A DNA stretch of 32,000 nt, from contig NZ_CP070973.1 in the NCBI RefSeq assembly GCF_017086405.1, positions 2,790,739-2,822,738 of the forward strand. Direction: 5' to 3'. This DNA is from Mycobacterium gordonae. Its GTDB lineage: Bacteria; Actinomycetota; Actinomycetes; Mycobacteriales; Mycobacteriaceae. Made by a program: the position numbers and the translations under genes. How positions within the stretch are numbered: the stretch's first letter is position 1; the number at the start of each line of letters is the position of its first letter. The notes under the pieces are model-generated. The model searched no databases, was not told the DNA's origin, and worked only from the letters and a program-made list of their open reading frames with translations. This document shows positions 30,165 through 32,000 of the stretch, in pieces.

Positions 30165-30596
30165 CTACTTGACACCGCCCGGGCCGCCCGGACTGCCACC
30201 CGAGCCGCCCGATGGGGATCCGGGCGTGAACCCGGGGCCGAGGAAGACATAGGAGCCGTGACCGTATCCCGCGCCCAGGTCTTCGACCCGGATGCTGCAC
30301 GCACGGGTGCCCTCGGGCCCGACGATCACGACATTCCTGCTGTAACGCAGGTACTCACTGCCGCCATTCGACGCGCGCGCCGCGGGCGTCTTGTAGTGAG
30401 CCAGTGTGTCGGCGACCTGCTTGGGCGATCCCGCACAGACATAGCGCTTCGTGCTGGCGTCGTGCGCGTACTCCTGATAGTGACCGGCGATGTACTCGCC
30501 GATATCCCGGCTGAGCAACACGATCCCGGAGACCAACGAGACCGTGGCGGCCAGCGCCAGCCCGCCGGCGATCACCAGCAGACGGTTGCGGCTCAC
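30165..30596 (-). CDS. Single-pass membrane protein, DUF4247-like (Rv2599-like)
   Basis: [30 protein letters not shown] anchor, two Cys, and a Gly/Ser/Pro-rich tail [18 protein letters not shown]. The GTG at 30596 overlaps the upstream gene's stop (GTGA). An alternative start lies at 30605. Confidence 0.65.
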   Translation of the reverse strand: MSRNRLLVIAGGLALAATVSLVSGIVLLSRDIGEYIAGHYQEYAHDASTKRYVCAGSPKQVADTLAHYKTPAARASNGGSEYLRYSRNVVIVGPEGTRACSIRVEDLGAGYGHGSYVFLGPGFTPGSPSGGSGGSPGGPGGVK

Positions 30597-31087
30597 GGCT
30601 GCCACCGGCTCGCCGTGTGGACCACCGTGCCGCCCGGCCCGGTGGGGTAGAGGTGCCAGGTCTGCCAGCGCCAGCCGTCGCCGTCGGGCTCGGCGGTCAG
30701 CGCGGTCAGCGCGGCGTCATCGCCCGGGAATACCCCGCCCAGCCAGCCGGGTACGCGGGCGCACCGGTCACGTAAGTCTTTGGCCAGGGTGCGGAAGGCG
30801 GCTTCATCGTGCGTCGCGCTGTGCGATTGAAGTCGGTAGCCGGGCGCATCCGAACGCGCGGGCAGCTCACCGCCGGTGGCGCAGGAGACCTGCTCGGAGA
30901 ACTGGCCGGCGCCGTGTTGCACGGTGACGACATGGGAGGCGCCCAGGACGCCGAGCAGCAGGACACCACCGCCGGGGTGTTCCAGTCGATAGCTGGCCAG
31001 GGGAGGGGGCGCCGCCGCATTGAGCGCCAAAGCCAATCGTGCCCCGGACACGTCGGCAGGAGCTACCGCTAGGTGGTGGAGCGGCAC
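30593..31087 (-). CDS. Conserved hypothetical protein, DUF2617-like (Rv2598-like)
   Basis: 164-aa ORF with GTG start at 31087, 5 nt after the upstream gene's stop. No motif was recognised. The assignment rests on operon position relative to my memory of Rv2597-Rv2601. Confidence 0.55.
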   Translation of the reverse strand: MPLHHLAVAPADVSGARLALALNAAAPPPLASYRLEHPGGGVLLLGVLGASHVVTVQHGAGQFSEQVSCATGGELPARSDAPGYRLQSHSATHDEAAFRTLAKDLRDRCARVPGWLGGVFPGDDAALTALTAEPDGDGWRWQTWHLYPTGPGGTVVHTASRWQP

Positions 31088-31092
31088 CGCGA

Positions 31093-31722
31093 TTAGCCCG
31101 CGGGTGCGGGATAGACGGTGATCTCACCGGTGAGGACGGTCCTGCCCGTGGATATCTCCCACGGCATGTCCGGCGCCCACCGCTCGAACGAAAGCAGCGT
31201 GGCTTTGTCGGCGCCGGAGTAGTCGACGTAATCCATCTCGCCGCCCGCCGGCAGACCCGTCGTGCCCTCGGTGGTGTAGCCGGCGTGCCCACGCTCCACT
31301 TCGTGCATGGTGACGCCGTCGACCGTGGGCGCGCCGCCGGGCTGCAGGTCGAGATCGGTGCGCTTGGACCACATCGCCAGCTCGAGGCGACCGTCGTCTT
31401 CTTCGACGCTGAACCAGACCGGCTCCTCACCGCCTTCGAGCAGGTGCTCCCACCATACGAACGGGCCCTCGCGGTAGGTGACGGAGCCGCGGACCACGTA
31501 ATCGGTGCTGCCGTGGCTGATGATGGCGCCGGGACCGAGTTGGCGAGGCCCGAATTCGGTGGGCAGGCCGGTGAACGCGAGCGGGTCCGGCCGGCCGCCG
31601 GGTTTCCGGGACGCAGGCTTCTTCTTGAAGGCATAGACGAGCACCAGCAGCGACGCGATGAACAGCGCTACCGCGATCACGATCAGCTGTGCTCCCACAC
31701 CAAACCCTTCCCTAGTGCGCAT
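31093..31722 (-). CDS. Membrane-anchored protein, DUF4178-like (Rv2597-like)
   Basis: N-terminal TM helix GAQLIVIAVALFIASLLVLVYAF followed by a beta-rich soluble domain (DYVVRGSVTYREGPFVWWEHLL...WFSVEEDDGRLELAMW). The start codon is uncertain, because internal GTG and ATG codons are also possible. Confidence 0.65.
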   Translation of the reverse strand: MRTREGFGVGAQLIVIAVALFIASLLVLVYAFKKKPASRKPGGRPDPLAFTGLPTEFGPRQLGPGAIISHGSTDYVVRGSVTYREGPFVWWEHLLEGGEEPVWFSVEEDDGRLELAMWSKRTDLDLQPGGAPTVDGVTMHEVERGHAGYTTEGTTGLPAGGEMDYVDYSGADKATLLSFERWAPDMPWEISTGRTVLTGEITVYPAPAG

Positions 31723-31785
31723 AACCTAACTCACGGCCGCGGCGCGTGTCCCTCACCGGCGATGTCGCATCCAGCGGCTAGGCTA

Positions 31786-31801
31786 TCGAACAGCTGTTCG
31801 G
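31786..31801. promoter_or_regulatory. LexA SOS box upstream of ruvC
   Basis: TCGAACAGCTGTTCGG. The core CGAACAGCTGTTCG is a perfect 14-bp palindrome matching the mycobacterial SOS box TCGAAC-N4-GTTCGA. It lies 33-48 nt upstream of the ruvC start. Confidence 0.75.
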
Positions 31802-31833
31802 AACTTCGGTCTTGACAACGTTGGGGAGCTGCG

Positions 31834-32000
31834 GTGCGGGTGATGGGTGTTGATCCCGGCTTGACGCGGTGCGGGTTGTCGCTGGTGGAAAGCGGCCGCG
31901 GGCGGCACATCACCGCGTTGGACGTCGACGTCGTGCGCACCCCGTCCGACGAGCCGTTGCACCGGCGACTGTTGGCGATCAGCGATGCCGTCGAACACTG
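31834..32000 (+). CDS. ruvC: Crossover junction endodeoxyribonuclease RuvC, partial (N-terminus only)
   Basis: [55 protein letters not shown] is the RuvC N-terminal catalytic Asp block. GGGGAG RBS at 31823-31828. The ORF continues past the right edge. Confidence 0.9.
   Translation, partial: MRVMGVDPGLTRCGLSLVESGRGRHITALDVDVVRTPSDEPLHRRLLAISDAVEH

Noticed and set aside
31812-31817. TTGACA hexamer just upstream of ruvC as a -35 element
   Set aside because: With 17-nt spacing, the -10 would fall at 31835-31840 (TGCGGG) inside the start-codon region. No acceptable -10 exists, so it is not called.

Overview
High-GC (about 65%) chromosomal segment from a slow-growing Mycobacterium that is related to, but not part of, the M. 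tuberculosis complex. From memory of H37Rv, gene order matches the Rv2616-Rv2594c region in inverted orientation. The conserved backbone is thrS, a HIT protein, pgsA1, patA, pimA, a Nudix protein, pdxS, tesB, pdxT, yebC, a membrane-fused speE-like operon, and ruvC. Around the backbone sit lineage-variable genes: three PE_PGRS genes (one partial, two as a tandem pair), a TetR plus aldo/keto reductase pair, a hotdog thioesterase, a low-GC glycosyltransferase islet, and two tandem PPE genes with C-terminal PE-PPE hydrolase domains followed by a small secreted Cys/Pro-rich protein. The standout is a two-gene Hen1-Pnkp RNA repair cassette (24139-28069). Its starts and stops overlap and its synonymous codon usage is visibly foreign. 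It sits between yebC and speE, where I recall H37Rv carrying the vapBC41 toxin-antitoxin pair. No rRNA, tRNA, CRISPR array, transposase or integrase was recognised. All calls rest on reading the translations and motifs by eye. No database search was run.
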